This document shows, piece by piece, positions 9,510 through 19,905 of a DNA stretch of 64,000 nt. A program made the position numbers and the translations under genes. Every line of letters starts with the position of its first letter. The first letter of the stretch is position 1. Source of the stretch: Synechococcus sp. Its GTDB lineage: Bacteria; Cyanobacteriota; Cyanobacteriia; PCC-6307; Cyanobiaceae. Location of the stretch: positions 224,001 to 288,000 of the forward strand of contig JBJBDL010000003.1 in NCBI GenBank assembly GCA_047285305.1, given 5' to 3'. The notes under the pieces are model-generated. The model did no database searches. It was not told where the DNA came from and saw nothing but the letters and a program-made list of their open reading frames with translations.

Positions 9510-11894
9510 TCAAACCACAGGCTCGATTGGAGCGAGGCGCGGATCAAGAATCTTGGGACCCATTCCTGCGAACTTCACTGCAATTGAAATCTTTTCACCG
9601 CTGCCAAAGGTATGGGTGATCTCACCAACACCGAAGCTGGAATGCATCACCTGATCACCCACCTGCCAGCTCCGGCCCGGAGCTGGCCCTGCCTGACGTC
9701 GACGTACAGCATTGGCAGGGGCCGATGAGGGTTTGTCCCGATCCACACGGGTGAGCCGTTCAAGGCGGCGCTCGCGCCGGAGCGCCGCTCCGCCACTCTG
9801 TGGAATGTGTCCCTGCACCAAGGCCTCCGGCAACTCCGAAAGAAACACCGACGGAACCGCCGCCTCACGCATCCCACCCCAGAGACGTCGCTCACTGGCG
9901 TGGGAGAGGAACAAACGCTCCTTCGCCCTGGTGATGCCGACGTAGCAAAGACGTCGTTCCTCCTCCAGGGATGCCGGGTCGTCGAGGGAGCGATAACTAG
10001 GGAACAAACCCTGCTCTAGACCCACAAGGCAAACCACAGGAAACTCCAGCCCCTTGCTGCTGTGAAGCGTCATCAAGGTGACTCGGTCCGCGGCAGTGTC
10101 CTTGCTATCGGCATCACTGGCCAGAGCTGCACTGGCCAGGAATCCTTCCAGATCACCCTCCTCGTTCTCCTCCTGGTACTGAAGAGCGGCGTTCACCAAT
10201 TCCTGCAGGTTGCGACGCCGTTCCTCGGCCTCATCGGTGCCATCAGCGATCAACTCGCTGACATAACCGCTTTTCTCCATCACCTGCTGAATCAGTTCCG
10301 AGGGAGATACCTCACGGCTGCGTGACTGGAGATCGTTAACCAGATCGCAGAACTGCAGCAGCCCCTTAGCGGAACGACCACCCAGGGAACGCACCGCTTC
10401 AGGATCACTGACCACATCCCACAGCGGAATGCCCAGTTGACTGGCTGCATCGGTGAGCCGCTGGATCGTGGTCTTGCCGATGCCACGCTTGGGCACATTG
10501 ATCACCCGCAGCAGGCTGACGGTGTCCGCCGGGTTGATCAGCAGCCTCAGATAGGCCAGAAGATCTTTGATCTCACGCCGGTCGTAGAAGCGCAGTCCCC
10601 CCACAACGATGTAAGGGATGCCCCAACGCACCAGCGATTCCTCGACCGCACGGGACTGGGCATTGGTGCGATAAAGCACAGCCATGTCACCCCAGCTGAG
10701 CTCGGGATTGGCCGCTTCCATCGTGCGCAACCGGTGGACTACAGCCTCCGCCTCAGCGATTTCATCATCACAGCGGGTGAGAGAGATCAATTCCCCCTCA
10801 CCACGCGTGGGGCGCAACACTTTGTCAATCCGTTCGCTGTTGTTGGAAATCAGCGCGTTGGCGGCCTCCAGGATTGTGGCAGTGGAGCGGTAATTCTCCT
10901 CCAGCTTCACCATCGTGCGAGTGGCCTCATCCGGAGCCTGATCGCCGAAATCCTCCTGGAAGCCCATCAGGATCGTGAAGTCTGCAGCCCGGAAGCTGTA
11001 AATGCTCTGGTCGGCGTCACCCACCACAAACACCGAACGCCCTGCCCATTCGTCGTAATCCTGCGGTTCCTTGCCATCAGTCACCAGCAGCTTGATCAGG
11101 TCGTACTGGGTGCGGTTGGTGTCCTGATACTCATCCACCAGAACGTGACGGAAACGACGGTGCCAGTAGCTGCGTACCTGCTCGTTTTGCTGCAAGAGCT
11201 GCACCGGGAGGAGCAGCAAGTCGTCAAAGTCGAGGGCATTGTTTGCTGCCAGTGCCCTGCGGTAACGCCGGTAGACATCGGCAATGAGCTTGCCACGCTG
11301 CCCTTCAGCATTGGCCTCGAGCTGGTCGGGCAGCAAGCCCTGGTTTTTGGCGTTGCTGATCGCCCAACGGGTCTTCTTGGGGTCAAAGCGCTTGGGATCC
11401 AGCTGCAGTTCCTGCGTGACGATCTCCTTGACCAGGCTTTGGGCATCAGCTTCGTCGTAAATCGAAAACTGCTTGGTCCAGGTGAGTCCTTCGGAATCCT
11501 TGAATTTATCGATGTCGTAGCGGAGCATCCGCGCAAACAACGCGTGGAAGGTGCCTATCCAGAGCTCTTTGGTGACTTCGCGGTAGATGCGCGAACGCAA
11601 CTGACGCTGCTCTACCGGCGGCAAAGTACTCCAGGGCTGGCCGTACTGTCCATGCGCAAGCTTCTGTGCCAAGAGCAGCTCAAGCCGCTCCTTCATCTCT
11701 CGAGCAGCTTTGTTGGTGAAAGTAACAGCCAGAATCTGCGCCGGATCTGCACCGTGCTCACCTATAAGGTGGGCTATGCGATGGGTGAGGGCCCTCGTCT
11801 TGCCGCTGCCGGCGCCGGCAACCACCAACATGGGACCTTGATGATGATCGACAGCCCTACGCTGGGCATCGTTGAGGCCATCTAAGAAGCTCAT
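9510..11894 (-). CDS. uvrD: ATP-dependent DNA helicase PcrA/UvrD
   Basis: AGAGSGKT Walker A, VTFTNKAA, VDEYQDTN, GDADQSIYSFR, ENYRS, TLHSSKGLEF, EERRLCYVGITRA. Confidence 0.95.
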   Translation of the reverse strand: MSFLDGLNDAQRRAVDHHQGPMLVVAGAGSGKTRALTHRIAHLIGEHGADPAQILAVTFTNKAAREMKERLELLLAQKLAHGQYGQPWSTLPPVEQRQLRSRIYREVTKELWIGTFHALFARMLRYDIDKFKDSEGLTWTKQFSIYDEADAQSLVKEIVTQELQLDPKRFDPKKTRWAISNAKNQGLLPDQLEANAEGQRGKLIADVYRRYRRALAANNALDFDDLLLLPVQLLQQNEQVRSYWHRRFRHVLVDEYQDTNRTQYDLIKLLVTDGKEPQDYDEWAGRSVFVVGDADQSIYSFRAADFTILMGFQEDFGDQAPDEATRTMVKLEENYRSTATILEAANALISNNSERIDKVLRPTRGEGELISLTRCDDEIAEAEAVVHRLRTMEAANPELSWGDMAVLYRTNAQSRAVEESLVRWGIPYIVVGGLRFYDRREIKDLLAYLRLLINPADTVSLLRVINVPKRGIGKTTIQRLTDAASQLGIPLWDVVSDPEAVRSLGGRSAKGLLQFCDLVNDLQSRSREVSPSELIQQVMEKSGYVSELIADGTDEAEERRRNLQELVNAALQYQEENEEGDLEGFLASAALASDADSKDTAADRVTLMTLHSSKGLEFPVVCLVGLEQGLFPSYRSLDDPASLEEERRLCYVGITRAKERLFLSHASERRLWGGMREAAVPSVFLSELPEALVQGHIPQSGGAALRRERRLERLTRVDRDKPSSAPANAVRRRQAGPAPGRSWQVGDQVMHSSFGVGEITHTFGSGEKISIAVKFAGMGPKILDPRLAPIEPVV

Positions 11895-12208
11895 AGAAAC
11901 TTATTCTAGGCATAATGAGCAGAGACGATCGATAACTGCGCAAGAAATTTTGCCGCGACCGTAAAATCCATACGCAAGCACAAATTTCGACATCAGATAC
12001 ACGCAGTCTGCCAAGAAATCACTAGGCAATTGCAGTATGCAACAAGAAACCTAAGAACGCTCCAAAGACATTCGAACAAGAAGCAACCAAACAAACCAAA
12101 TCTAAAAATGGGAGCAGACCAATTAGGCAACGAATTCTCATTAAAAACAAATTTGCCCATGGCCATGGCGTGAATGAATTAGGCTCTGACAATCCATAGC
12201 CCAAAACC

Positions 12209-13111
12209 ATGGCTCCCAAGAAGCCTGAAGGAAAAGTCGATTTGTCGTTAATTATATGTACATATGGCAGAAAAAAACAATTGGCAGAAGCTATTCAATC
12301 AATTAGAAGTCAATCAGTGGCGCCAAAAGAAATCATCGTAGTAGATCAAAATCCGCCCGGATTCCTAGACGACTTACTAGAAGATTGCGCAGGCAGGCTA
12401 AATATTTTACACAAAAGAGTCACATTCACTGGGGCCTCAAAAGCAAGAAATTTAGGAGCAAGCATCGCCACAAGCGAACTAATTGCATTCCCAGATGACG
12501 ATTGCACTTATAGAGAAGATACAATAAAAAATGTCATACGCAGATTCGAAGGAGATGACGCACTTGGAGTATTAATAGCAGGAAAGGACGAAATTTTAAA
12601 TGCTACCCCTAAAGTTAAAAATCAGGGGGAAAGCACAATTACGGAAATACATACAGTCTTGGATCTATTCAAGGCCAAGGCGGAAACATCGAATATTTTT
12701 GCACGGAAAAAAGTACTAGGAAAATTAGAATATATTTTTGATGTTAACATAGGCCCAGGGAAAGTCACAGAATGGGCCTCAAATGAAGAAACAGATTTAT
12801 TAGTAAGACTACTGCAAAAGAATGTACTTATCGCGAAAGACGAAACAATCAGAATCATTCATCATTCTTGCCAGGGCTCACTAAAGAAAACACTGCAGTA
12901 CGGGATGGGTAGATATGAACTAATCAAGAGAAATAATCTTGGTATTTTTATCTACCTTATCAATCTAGTGCAGCCAATTGTGCGGCTCATTATGAAGCCA
13001 CGAGTCAAGTATATTCCGGCATGCTTTATGACAATAATTGGAAGATCCGGCTTAATTAACACGTTGATTTCTGTTTGGAAACAAATAACTAAGTCAGAAC
13101 TATGTAAATAA
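12209..13111 (+). CDS. Glycosyltransferase family 2
   Basis: SLIICTYGR, IIVVDQN, GASKARNLG, IAFPDDD, EETDL; AT-rich. Confidence 0.88.
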   Translation: MAPKKPEGKVDLSLIICTYGRKKQLAEAIQSIRSQSVAPKEIIVVDQNPPGFLDDLLEDCAGRLNILHKRVTFTGASKARNLGASIATSELIAFPDDDCTYREDTIKNVIRRFEGDDALGVLIAGKDEILNATPKVKNQGESTITEIHTVLDLFKAKAETSNIFARKKVLGKLEYIFDVNIGPGKVTEWASNEETDLLVRLLQKNVLIAKDETIRIIHHSCQGSLKKTLQYGMGRYELIKRNNLGIFIYLINLVQPIVRLIMKPRVKYIPACFMTIIGRSGLINTLISVWKQITKSELCK

Positions 13112-13114
13112 TTA

Positions 13115-14392
13115 CTAATTAGCTTCCTCTTCCCTCCCTGCAACAAGTCCAAGAATAAGCCAGAAGGCAGGATACTCGCCCAAATGACCATTGTGCATAG
13201 AGTATATTATTACTTGAAAGACCAAGAAAGAGAGGGAAAAATGCAAAAAATCCATGCGTTTAAAACGAAAGACTCTAGTTATTGGGATTAAAAAGCAAAC
13301 TAACAATGGTAGAGTCAATAATAAGCCTCCAATAGCCAAGGATTCAAAAATATAATTATGAGGAAAGTAAATACCCTGCTCAATCTCAAGGCCTCCCAGT
13401 GATGACTGTATGTTGAACCCAACACCAAAAAGTGGACTCGTTAAAAATTCTCTAAAGCAAACTTTCCAGAACTCAATTCTTGTAAAAACCGTATCCCACA
13501 ACCTGCTAGTAAAAATTTTGTCAAGCAAAAGATCAGAATAAGATAGGACAAGAACAATGAGTATTCCCAAAGAAAAAGTTGTCAAGAGACTAGGAACTGA
13601 GAGAGAAAATTTAGAAGATGAAGAGCCCTTTGCAGACCATATACCAAACAACGAAATAATTATCATTGCCAAAATCGCACCCCGCGTAGCACTAAAAACT
13701 ACAATAAAAGAACCAATTGCTATTCCAAGAAATGACACATACTTAGAATAGTAATAAGGATTCAAATAATAGTCTCTTACAATAAGGCTGGACAAACTCA
13801 GCAAGACGAGAGAACAGCCAGCATTGGCAGCAGTAATTGCATTTAAATGGTCTAAATAAAAACCACCTTGATCAAATCCTGGCTTAAGCGCAAAGCAAAT
13901 CACCGAAATACCAAGTAAGGCAACACCAAACTCAATTGATTTGTACAAAACTCTTCCAAGATTGATAAATGGCGCGAAGAGACAAGCGGCTACACCACTA
14001 ACCAATGAACTACCCAAACCCCATGCCAAAAGCTCCCAAAGGGGAACAGATAGGTTAACTTTCGCTAGGAACACATCATAAAAAAGCCTGATCGTATACA
14101 GAGTCCAAAAAACTACGATTACATTAATCCATGACTTAAAAGTAATCGAAAAAACTTTTTTCTGAAAAAAGAAAAATAGAATATAACAAGCATTTATAAG
14201 CATTAAGCACAGACGAAAAGCAAGCATCACCGAACGGTTGTCTAAAGACAATACGTTGACGATAGAAGAAAAGAATACTTGACCAAAAAGAGCAAACGAA
14301 AGTACTAAGGCTGCAATCTCTACAGAATTTGTTCGCGTAAACTGTAAAATTCTTTCCATGATATACATCACGTGCAAGTGATATGCTGCCAA
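13115..14392 (-). CDS. O-antigen ligase/polymerase (Wzy_C/WaaL-like) membrane protein
   Basis: About 11-12 hydrophobic segments, SATRGA, R..FW, PLFGVG and PHN motifs. True start may be a downstream ATG. Confidence 0.78.
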   Translation of the reverse strand: MAAYHLHVMYIMERILQFTRTNSVEIAALVLSFALFGQVFFSSIVNVLSLDNRSVMLAFRLCLMLINACYILFFFFQKKVFSITFKSWINVIVVFWTLYTIRLFYDVFLAKVNLSVPLWELLAWGLGSSLVSGVAACLFAPFINLGRVLYKSIEFGVALLGISVICFALKPGFDQGGFYLDHLNAITAANAGCSLVLLSLSSLIVRDYYLNPYYYSKYVSFLGIAIGSFIVVFSATRGAILAMIIISLFGIWSAKGSSSSKFSLSVPSLLTTFSLGILIVLVLSYSDLLLDKIFTSRLWDTVFTRIEFWKVCFREFLTSPLFGVGFNIQSSLGGLEIEQGIYFPHNYIFESLAIGGLLLTLPLLVCFLIPITRVFRFKRMDFLHFSLSFLVFQVIIYSMHNGHLGEYPAFWLILGLVAGREEEAN

Positions 14393-14404
14393 GCAAATGC
14401 CAAG

Positions 14405-16237
14405 TTAAGGATTGGCACAAGATTGCAGGTTAATCATTTGCCTAAAGCTCGATGATCGTTCTTTAAGCTCATCAAAGTTACCACTCGCAACAATTTTACC
14501 TGCATCAAACTCATATATACGATCACATTTCTGAATAGTAGAAAGACGATGGGCAATGACTAAAGTAGTACATCTTCTTCCAATGATCTCTAGAGACTGT
14601 ATAACTTCGGATTCCGTTTTGTTGTCTAACGCACTCGTAGCTTCGTCTAAAATTAAAAACTTTGCAGACCTATAAAAAGCTCTAGCTAGGGCTAATCTTT
14701 GACGTTGTCCTCCTGACAAGCTAATACCATTATCACCAATAGGTGTGTGCAAACCGTAAGGAAGATCGGATACCACTACATCTAATTGTGCGGCTTCAAG
14801 CGCATCCCAAACCTTAGCCTCATCGACATCATTTAAACTAACACCAAAAGCAACATTAGAGATAATAGAGTCAGACAACAAATTTATAGACTGAGGGACT
14901 TGAGCACAACACAAATGCCAAGAAGTTATTTCATCGACTAGAACAGGAATGCCATCGAGAATAAAATCTCCTCGTTGTGGAGTTAGCAGTGAAAGCAAAA
15001 CATTTGCAGCTGTAGTTTTTCCGCTACCTGTAGGGCCTACAAATGCCACACGAGATCCCACTGGAATGCTGAGTGACACATTATCAAGTGCATTCTTAGT
15101 TGCGTCTGGATATCTATAAGTAACGTTCTGAAGGCCTATTGATCTAAGAGGGAAAATTCCTTCTGGAGTCCTATTAAGAAGCTGCGCAGAGGCTTGAAAA
15201 TTGAAAGTGTTCTCAAGCAAGGATGTTATGTTCATAATTTCAGGCAACCCCCCTCTCAAAATTGATATTGCAGAGAAAAAGTCTTGAAGTGGTTTTGCAA
15301 GGCGTAAAGCCCCTACAGATAATATAGATAAAAAGGGAAGAACCTCAATAATTTTTTCTTGTTGTCCGGATAAAACTGGTGGAACGACTCCAATAAGAAA
15401 GATCATTGAGATACCAAGGGGCTCAATAAGTAGCCTCGGTATTTCGGGAAGAACTGTCGCGTTAACGACTGATTCCTTAAATATCGACGTAGATCGATTA
15501 AATCTTTTTGAGAAGTAGGGCTCGCTTAGACCAAGCTTCAAGTCAACTATTGCTTGGAAAGATTCAAAAAATCCTTTGGTGTATCTCTCTCTCGTGACGA
15601 TCTTTTGCCTTGAGGCTTTACGCAAGGCAGGATTAATCAAATAGCCAATAAGAATATAAAGAATAAACATCGATAGTATCAATACAAATGCAGAACTTCC
15701 ACCTACATACAAAATCCCTGCAACCAGAAATATGATACTAATTAGACAGCTTATTGCCCTCAAGGCCGGAGTTAGTATATCCCTCAAGAGACACTCCAGA
15801 TTTGATAGTAGATCCGAAGCAAGTGCTGATATATTCCCCGTTAAATGATATTCATAAGGCTGACCCAGTGTCTGCTTGAAGATTCGACTAGATAAGTCAA
15901 GCCACAATTCTCCTGCAAGATTCTCCTGCATAAAGCGAAGTAAGAGTCGGACCCCAGACTGCAGCCAATTAATTAGGACAAAAATTGCAATTAACCACAA
16001 AGATTGTATGTATGTACTTGCTCCAAATACCTTTACGCCAGGCAGCAAGTTGATGAGATCAGTACCAACAAGTGTTCCTGTGAGCCTGCCTATAACTGCG
16101 ACAGTAGCAATATCAAGAAAGCCAGAAAAAATAGAAACCGGTATGATTATCCATAGCCTAATTAAACTTTGCTTTTCAACATACCTAAATAAATTTTTTA
16201 GCTCATAGAGCGTCTCGCTAGAAAATACTTTTAACAC
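14405..16237 (-). CDS. ABC exporter, fused permease + ATPase (HepA/MsbA-like)
   Basis: N-terminal transmembrane domain, GPTGSGKT, LSGGQRQR, ILDEATSALD, IAHRLST. Confidence 0.92.
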   Translation of the reverse strand: MLKVFSSETLYELKNLFRYVEKQSLIRLWIIIPVSIFSGFLDIATVAVIGRLTGTLVGTDLINLLPGVKVFGASTYIQSLWLIAIFVLINWLQSGVRLLLRFMQENLAGELWLDLSSRIFKQTLGQPYEYHLTGNISALASDLLSNLECLLRDILTPALRAISCLISIIFLVAGILYVGGSSAFVLILSMFILYILIGYLINPALRKASRQKIVTRERYTKGFFESFQAIVDLKLGLSEPYFSKRFNRSTSIFKESVVNATVLPEIPRLLIEPLGISMIFLIGVVPPVLSGQQEKIIEVLPFLSILSVGALRLAKPLQDFFSAISILRGGLPEIMNITSLLENTFNFQASAQLLNRTPEGIFPLRSIGLQNVTYRYPDATKNALDNVSLSIPVGSRVAFVGPTGSGKTTAANVLLSLLTPQRGDFILDGIPVLVDEITSWHLCCAQVPQSINLLSDSIISNVAFGVSLNDVDEAKVWDALEAAQLDVVVSDLPYGLHTPIGDNGISLSGGQRQRLALARAFYRSAKFLILDEATSALDNKTESEVIQSLEIIGRRCTTLVIAHRLSTIQKCDRIYEFDAGKIVASGNFDELKERSSSFRQMINLQSCANP

Positions 16238-16425
16238 AGCGACGACACTAACATATTCATTTTACGCTATATTGCCTTTCCTTTAACATTTGATAGACAG
16301 TTAACCAACCGATTGGCCAATGTGCCTAAAAAAACAAAAAATATAAGCAAGTCCAAGAATTTGTCAAATAGAAGTCGATGAAATAACAAATTGCCTCGAA
16401 GCAACAAGATTTTCGTAAAATATAA

Positions 16426-17478
16426 TTATACTAAAAGACCGAAAAAACCTAAAATCTTCCTAAGGGTTTGCTTAAAATCATTAAGAAGCAAAGTCAATCC
16501 ATAGTTTGGCTTCAACAAAAGGCGAGGATTATTAATTAAAATCGGCATAAGAGAATCTAATTCTGTCAGAACAGCACGCCATCTTTGAACGAATAGGGGC
16601 TCTGAAAAATCTCTCAATGCGAAGTCCAAAGCAGATTCTGATGGCTTCCACTCATCAGGATTTGCAACTGCTGCAGCTATTCTATCCACATCATTCGATA
16701 AACATCCATAACCAATTTGATGCCCCATGACGCCAGGTGTAAAGGTGTCTGCAAGGGCATGATTCAAACTACTAAATACAATGCAACCGCAAGAAATTGC
16801 TTCCACAGGAGGTAAACCAAATCCTTCGCTCACACCAGCTCTACTCCAATGTTCAGCAGAGTCATATAAAAAAACTTTAGCGCTATTAAATAAATGCACT
16901 AAATCTTCCACCCAATCATTCTGTATCTCTACATGAAGGCCCTTGGCGCGCAAAGCTGGGACTAATTCATACAAGAGATAATTACTACTTTTTCTTTTTT
17001 GAACAAGAACATCAATTGGTCGACTCGATACATCTCCTCTACGATCTCCTCTTGCTAACCATTGATTTTCAAGTGCATTAGGAATTAGGAATAAGGGATT
17101 CCTTGGTGCACGATGCCCCCAATAGCCCATCGTATTCCTACTAACAGCGACAATAGGAACACTCGGAGGAAGAGTAAATCCATATCCAGTACTATGAGCT
17201 TGGTAAACAACTTTTCTTCCACGAAGACGTTTTATTAATTCAGGAATATCAAATCCCCAACTAACTATCCATATTGAATCATCATTTATAGATCGTTCAC
17301 TGGACAATAGGGAGTCAAAAAAAGGGTATTTATCGCTTCGCTCTCTATAAGTAACAATTGTTGTGCATCGAATTTGCGAAAGCAAACCAGCTGTCTGCTT
17401 CGCGACATTGAGACCTCCACAACGAAAGCGTGGGCCAGTACCTGGGACTAGAACCCGAATTTCACGCAAGGAAATCAA
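16426..17478 (-). CDS. Glycosyltransferase (GT4-like, GT-B fold)
   Basis: EGFGLPPVEA motif and N-terminal RFRCGG. Confidence 0.8.
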   Translation of the reverse strand: MISLREIRVLVPGTGPRFRCGGLNVAKQTAGLLSQIRCTTIVTYRERSDKYPFFDSLLSSERSINDDSIWIVSWGFDIPELIKRLRGRKVVYQAHSTGYGFTLPPSVPIVAVSRNTMGYWGHRAPRNPLFLIPNALENQWLARGDRRGDVSSRPIDVLVQKRKSSNYLLYELVPALRAKGLHVEIQNDWVEDLVHLFNSAKVFLYDSAEHWSRAGVSEGFGLPPVEAISCGCIVFSSLNHALADTFTPGVMGHQIGYGCLSNDVDRIAAAVANPDEWKPSESALDFALRDFSEPLFVQRWRAVLTELDSLMPILINNPRLLLKPNYGLTLLLNDFKQTLRKILGFFGLLV

Positions 17479-17496
17479 AGAGTCACCAATTTGACT

Positions 17497-18210
17497 CTAA
17501 GCAGCGGCAGCTTCAGTACTGCCGGCCCGCTGACGGCGAGTGAGGAAGCCAAACAGCACCTTACCGATGGCGGCGACCAAGTTGCCCTCCAGCTCCTTGA
17601 ACATATTCATGTTCAGGTGGAAAGCGTGGTTGGCCTCCTCCACGATGCGATCGGCCATGGCCTGATCGATCGGCAGCGTGTCCATGGCGGAGCGATATGT
17701 CGTCTTGAACGCTTTTTCGTCAGCGATGTCGTCGAAGACGTAAAAGCGGAGGCCGGCATCCCCCTCCATGTTCATTGCCTTCTGGGCGATGTTCTTGAGG
17801 ATCTGACCACCGGAGAGATCACCGAGGTAGCGGGTGTAGTGATGGCCTACCAACAGCTCAGGAGACTCCTGGGCCACAGCATGAATGCGCTCCACGTATG
17901 CAGCTGCTGAGGGCGAGGGTGTGATGTCTTCCTTCCAGCTCTCACCGAAGTAATAGGCGAGGTCTTGCTCCAACGCCTCACGACGGTTCAGCTGAGCCAT
18001 CGCGACAGGCCCAACAACTGGGTGGTCAGCCAACTTGGTGATCTCCTCCTCCATCGCGGAGTAAACGAAGTAGAGATCAGCCACCAGCTTGCGGTAACTG
18101 GCCTTATCGACAACTCCCTTCAGAAAGCAGCTCACGAAGCCCGTGTTCTCGGCCATGGTGTGCGACTTTTTCGTGCCTTCCCGGAGCTGGGCAGCAAGGG
18201 CGACAGACAT
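17497..18210 (-). CDS. ho1: Heme oxygenase (biliverdin-producing)
   Basis: LREGTKKSHTMAEN, HYTRYLGDLSGGQIL, EANHAFHLNM. Confidence 0.96.
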   Translation of the reverse strand: MSVALAAQLREGTKKSHTMAENTGFVSCFLKGVVDKASYRKLVADLYFVYSAMEEEITKLADHPVVGPVAMAQLNRREALEQDLAYYFGESWKEDITPSPSAAAYVERIHAVAQESPELLVGHHYTRYLGDLSGGQILKNIAQKAMNMEGDAGLRFYVFDDIADEKAFKTTYRSAMDTLPIDQAMADRIVEEANHAFHLNMNMFKELEGNLVAAIGKVLFGFLTRRQRAGSTEAAAA

Positions 18211-18282
18211 GATTGCGAGAAACGGCCTGACCTCGAACTTAAAAGGATTTCAAGGCAGAACGGCTGTGTGCGTTGCGAAGGG

Positions 18283-18726
18283 TTACGCCGCTGGTTCAGA
18301 AGCAGCGGTTCCATCAAAGAGCTCGAACAGCTCGCGACAGATCTGCTGAAGCTGCTTCACCTGCTGCTGCTGAGGCAGGTGGGGACCTTCCGGCAACCAT
18401 TCACCGACCGTGGCAAGGCGCCAGCGTTCGCCGTCGTAGGTCATGCCCCGCATCAACACCCCCAGGAGGCGCAGCTGGTCGTCACCCCGCTCCGCGCTAA
18501 CTCGCAATTGCATCAGCAAACTGCGGCATTCCAGGCGTGGACTCCAGCCAGGGAAATGAAAGGCGAGGTCGAGCGATTCCGTTTCACTCCACTGTCGGGT
18601 CTGCGGGTCGTCCCGCCAAGGGCTGAGGTTGGCCTGCGCAGCCGGAAACTGACGGCGCACAAGGGTGATCGTGGACGCCAGTGCTCGCATCCGGGCCACG
18701 CTGTGTACCGACTCGCCCGCGTTCAC
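18283..18726 (-). CDS. Conserved cyanobacterial hypothetical protein
   Basis: Core-like codon usage; DLAFHFPGWSP; co-oriented with ho1. Confidence 0.65.
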   Translation of the reverse strand: MNAGESVHSVARMRALASTITLVRRQFPAAQANLSPWRDDPQTRQWSETESLDLAFHFPGWSPRLECRSLLMQLRVSAERGDDQLRLLGVLMRGMTYDGERWRLATVGEWLPEGPHLPQQQQVKQLQQICRELFELFDGTAASEPAA

Positions 18727-18803
18727 TGCAACCTCCTAATTCCGCACAGTGTGCAGGGATAAGCAAAAGGTCGCCGTTACGGTTGCGCGAGGTTCACGAA
18801 ACC

Positions 18804-19559
18804 ATGACGCAAACCCTGCATATCGGCTTGCTGGGCGCCATGCCGGAAGAGATCGGCTCGGATCTCAGCCACCTCAAGGATCTGAGCTGCAGCGACCACG
18901 GCGACCTGAGAATCCACAGGGGTTCGTGGGACGACACGGTGCGCCTCAGCCTGGCCTGGAGCGGCTGGGGCAAGGTGAGCGCTGCGCGGGCCGCCACACG
19001 CCTGCTCGCGAGTGATCCCAAAATCGATCTGCTGGTTTTCACTGGCGTTGCCGGGGCTGCGGATCCCGCCCTGCGTCAATGGGATGTGGTGTTAGCCGAT
19101 GCCGTAGTGCAGCACGACATGGATGCCCGACCCCTGTTCCCACGCTTCACGTTGCCAGCGTTGAAAAAGGACCAGCTCCAACCGCAGCCAGCCTGGTTCA
19201 GCTGGGCCGAGACCGCTCTGCGTGAGGCTCACAGCGCAGGCAATCTGGACGGGTTCGCTCAGCCCAGCAGCGGTCTAATCGCCACTGGAGATCGTTTCAT
19301 CAGCAATCCAGCCATGCTGCAAGCGCTGCGGGATGCCCTGCCCGACCTGCGGGCAGTTGAGATGGAAGGCGCCGCCGTCGCACAGGTGGCTGAGCAAGAG
19401 GGCGTCCCCTGGCTGGTGCTGCGGGTGATTTCCGATGGTGCCGATGCAGCGGCGGCACAGAGCTTTGAACACTTTGTCAAACTCTACGAACAACAGGCTT
19501 GGCGGCTCATTGAGGCCCTGCTGCAGCGCTGCAACAACACGCCCCGAAACTGCGCATGA
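18804..19559 (+). CDS. mtnN: 5'-methylthioadenosine/S-adenosylhomocysteine nucleosidase
   Basis: IGLLGAMPEE, SGWGKVSAA, FTGVAG, TGDRFI, VEMEGAAVAQ, RVISD. Confidence 0.92.
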   Translation: MTQTLHIGLLGAMPEEIGSDLSHLKDLSCSDHGDLRIHRGSWDDTVRLSLAWSGWGKVSAARAATRLLASDPKIDLLVFTGVAGAADPALRQWDVVLADAVVQHDMDARPLFPRFTLPALKKDQLQPQPAWFSWAETALREAHSAGNLDGFAQPSSGLIATGDRFISNPAMLQALRDALPDLRAVEMEGAAVAQVAEQEGVPWLVLRVISDGADAAAAQSFEHFVKLYEQQAWRLIEALLQRCNNTPRNCA

Positions 19560-19826
19560 TGCCTCTCCTGAACTGATAGCTGCGCTTTGGCCTGATGGTG
19601 GGGGGGACGGCCGCAGCCGTTCACATCAGCGTGTGCTGCTGATGGGCCCGATGATGCGCCTGAGCCTGGCAAACCCCATTGCCTCCGTTGCGTCGGACGA
19701 ACCGTCATCAATGAGCAGCAGATGCTCCATCTCCGGCAAGGCCATGAACCGCTCCATGAAGTCGCTGATCAACTCGGCTTCGTTGAAGCAGGTCGCCACC
19801 AAACACACCTGCTCGCTGGCCATCAA
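19556..19826 (-). pseudogene. Truncated GT2 (polyprenol-phosphate glycosyltransferase-like) remnant
   Basis: VATCFNEA...LLIDDGSSDAT N-terminal GT2 motif, ending after about 66 aa. Confidence 0.6.
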
Positions 19827-19905
19827 TGCGCGGTCTGCATTCTCTGAAACCGAAGGGCTCCCCGCTCAGTCATAGGCTCGGCCTGCTGACGCCCGACCAA
19901 CCGCC

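Larger units (their letters stand above)
11895..17490. other. AT-rich surface-polysaccharide cassette
   Basis: Sharp GC drop between uvrD and ho1; contains only glycan-related genes. Confidence 0.8.

Noticed and set aside
10437..11885. 482-aa ORF antisense to uvrD
   Set aside because: Shadow ORF produced by GC-rich codon bias; no motifs.
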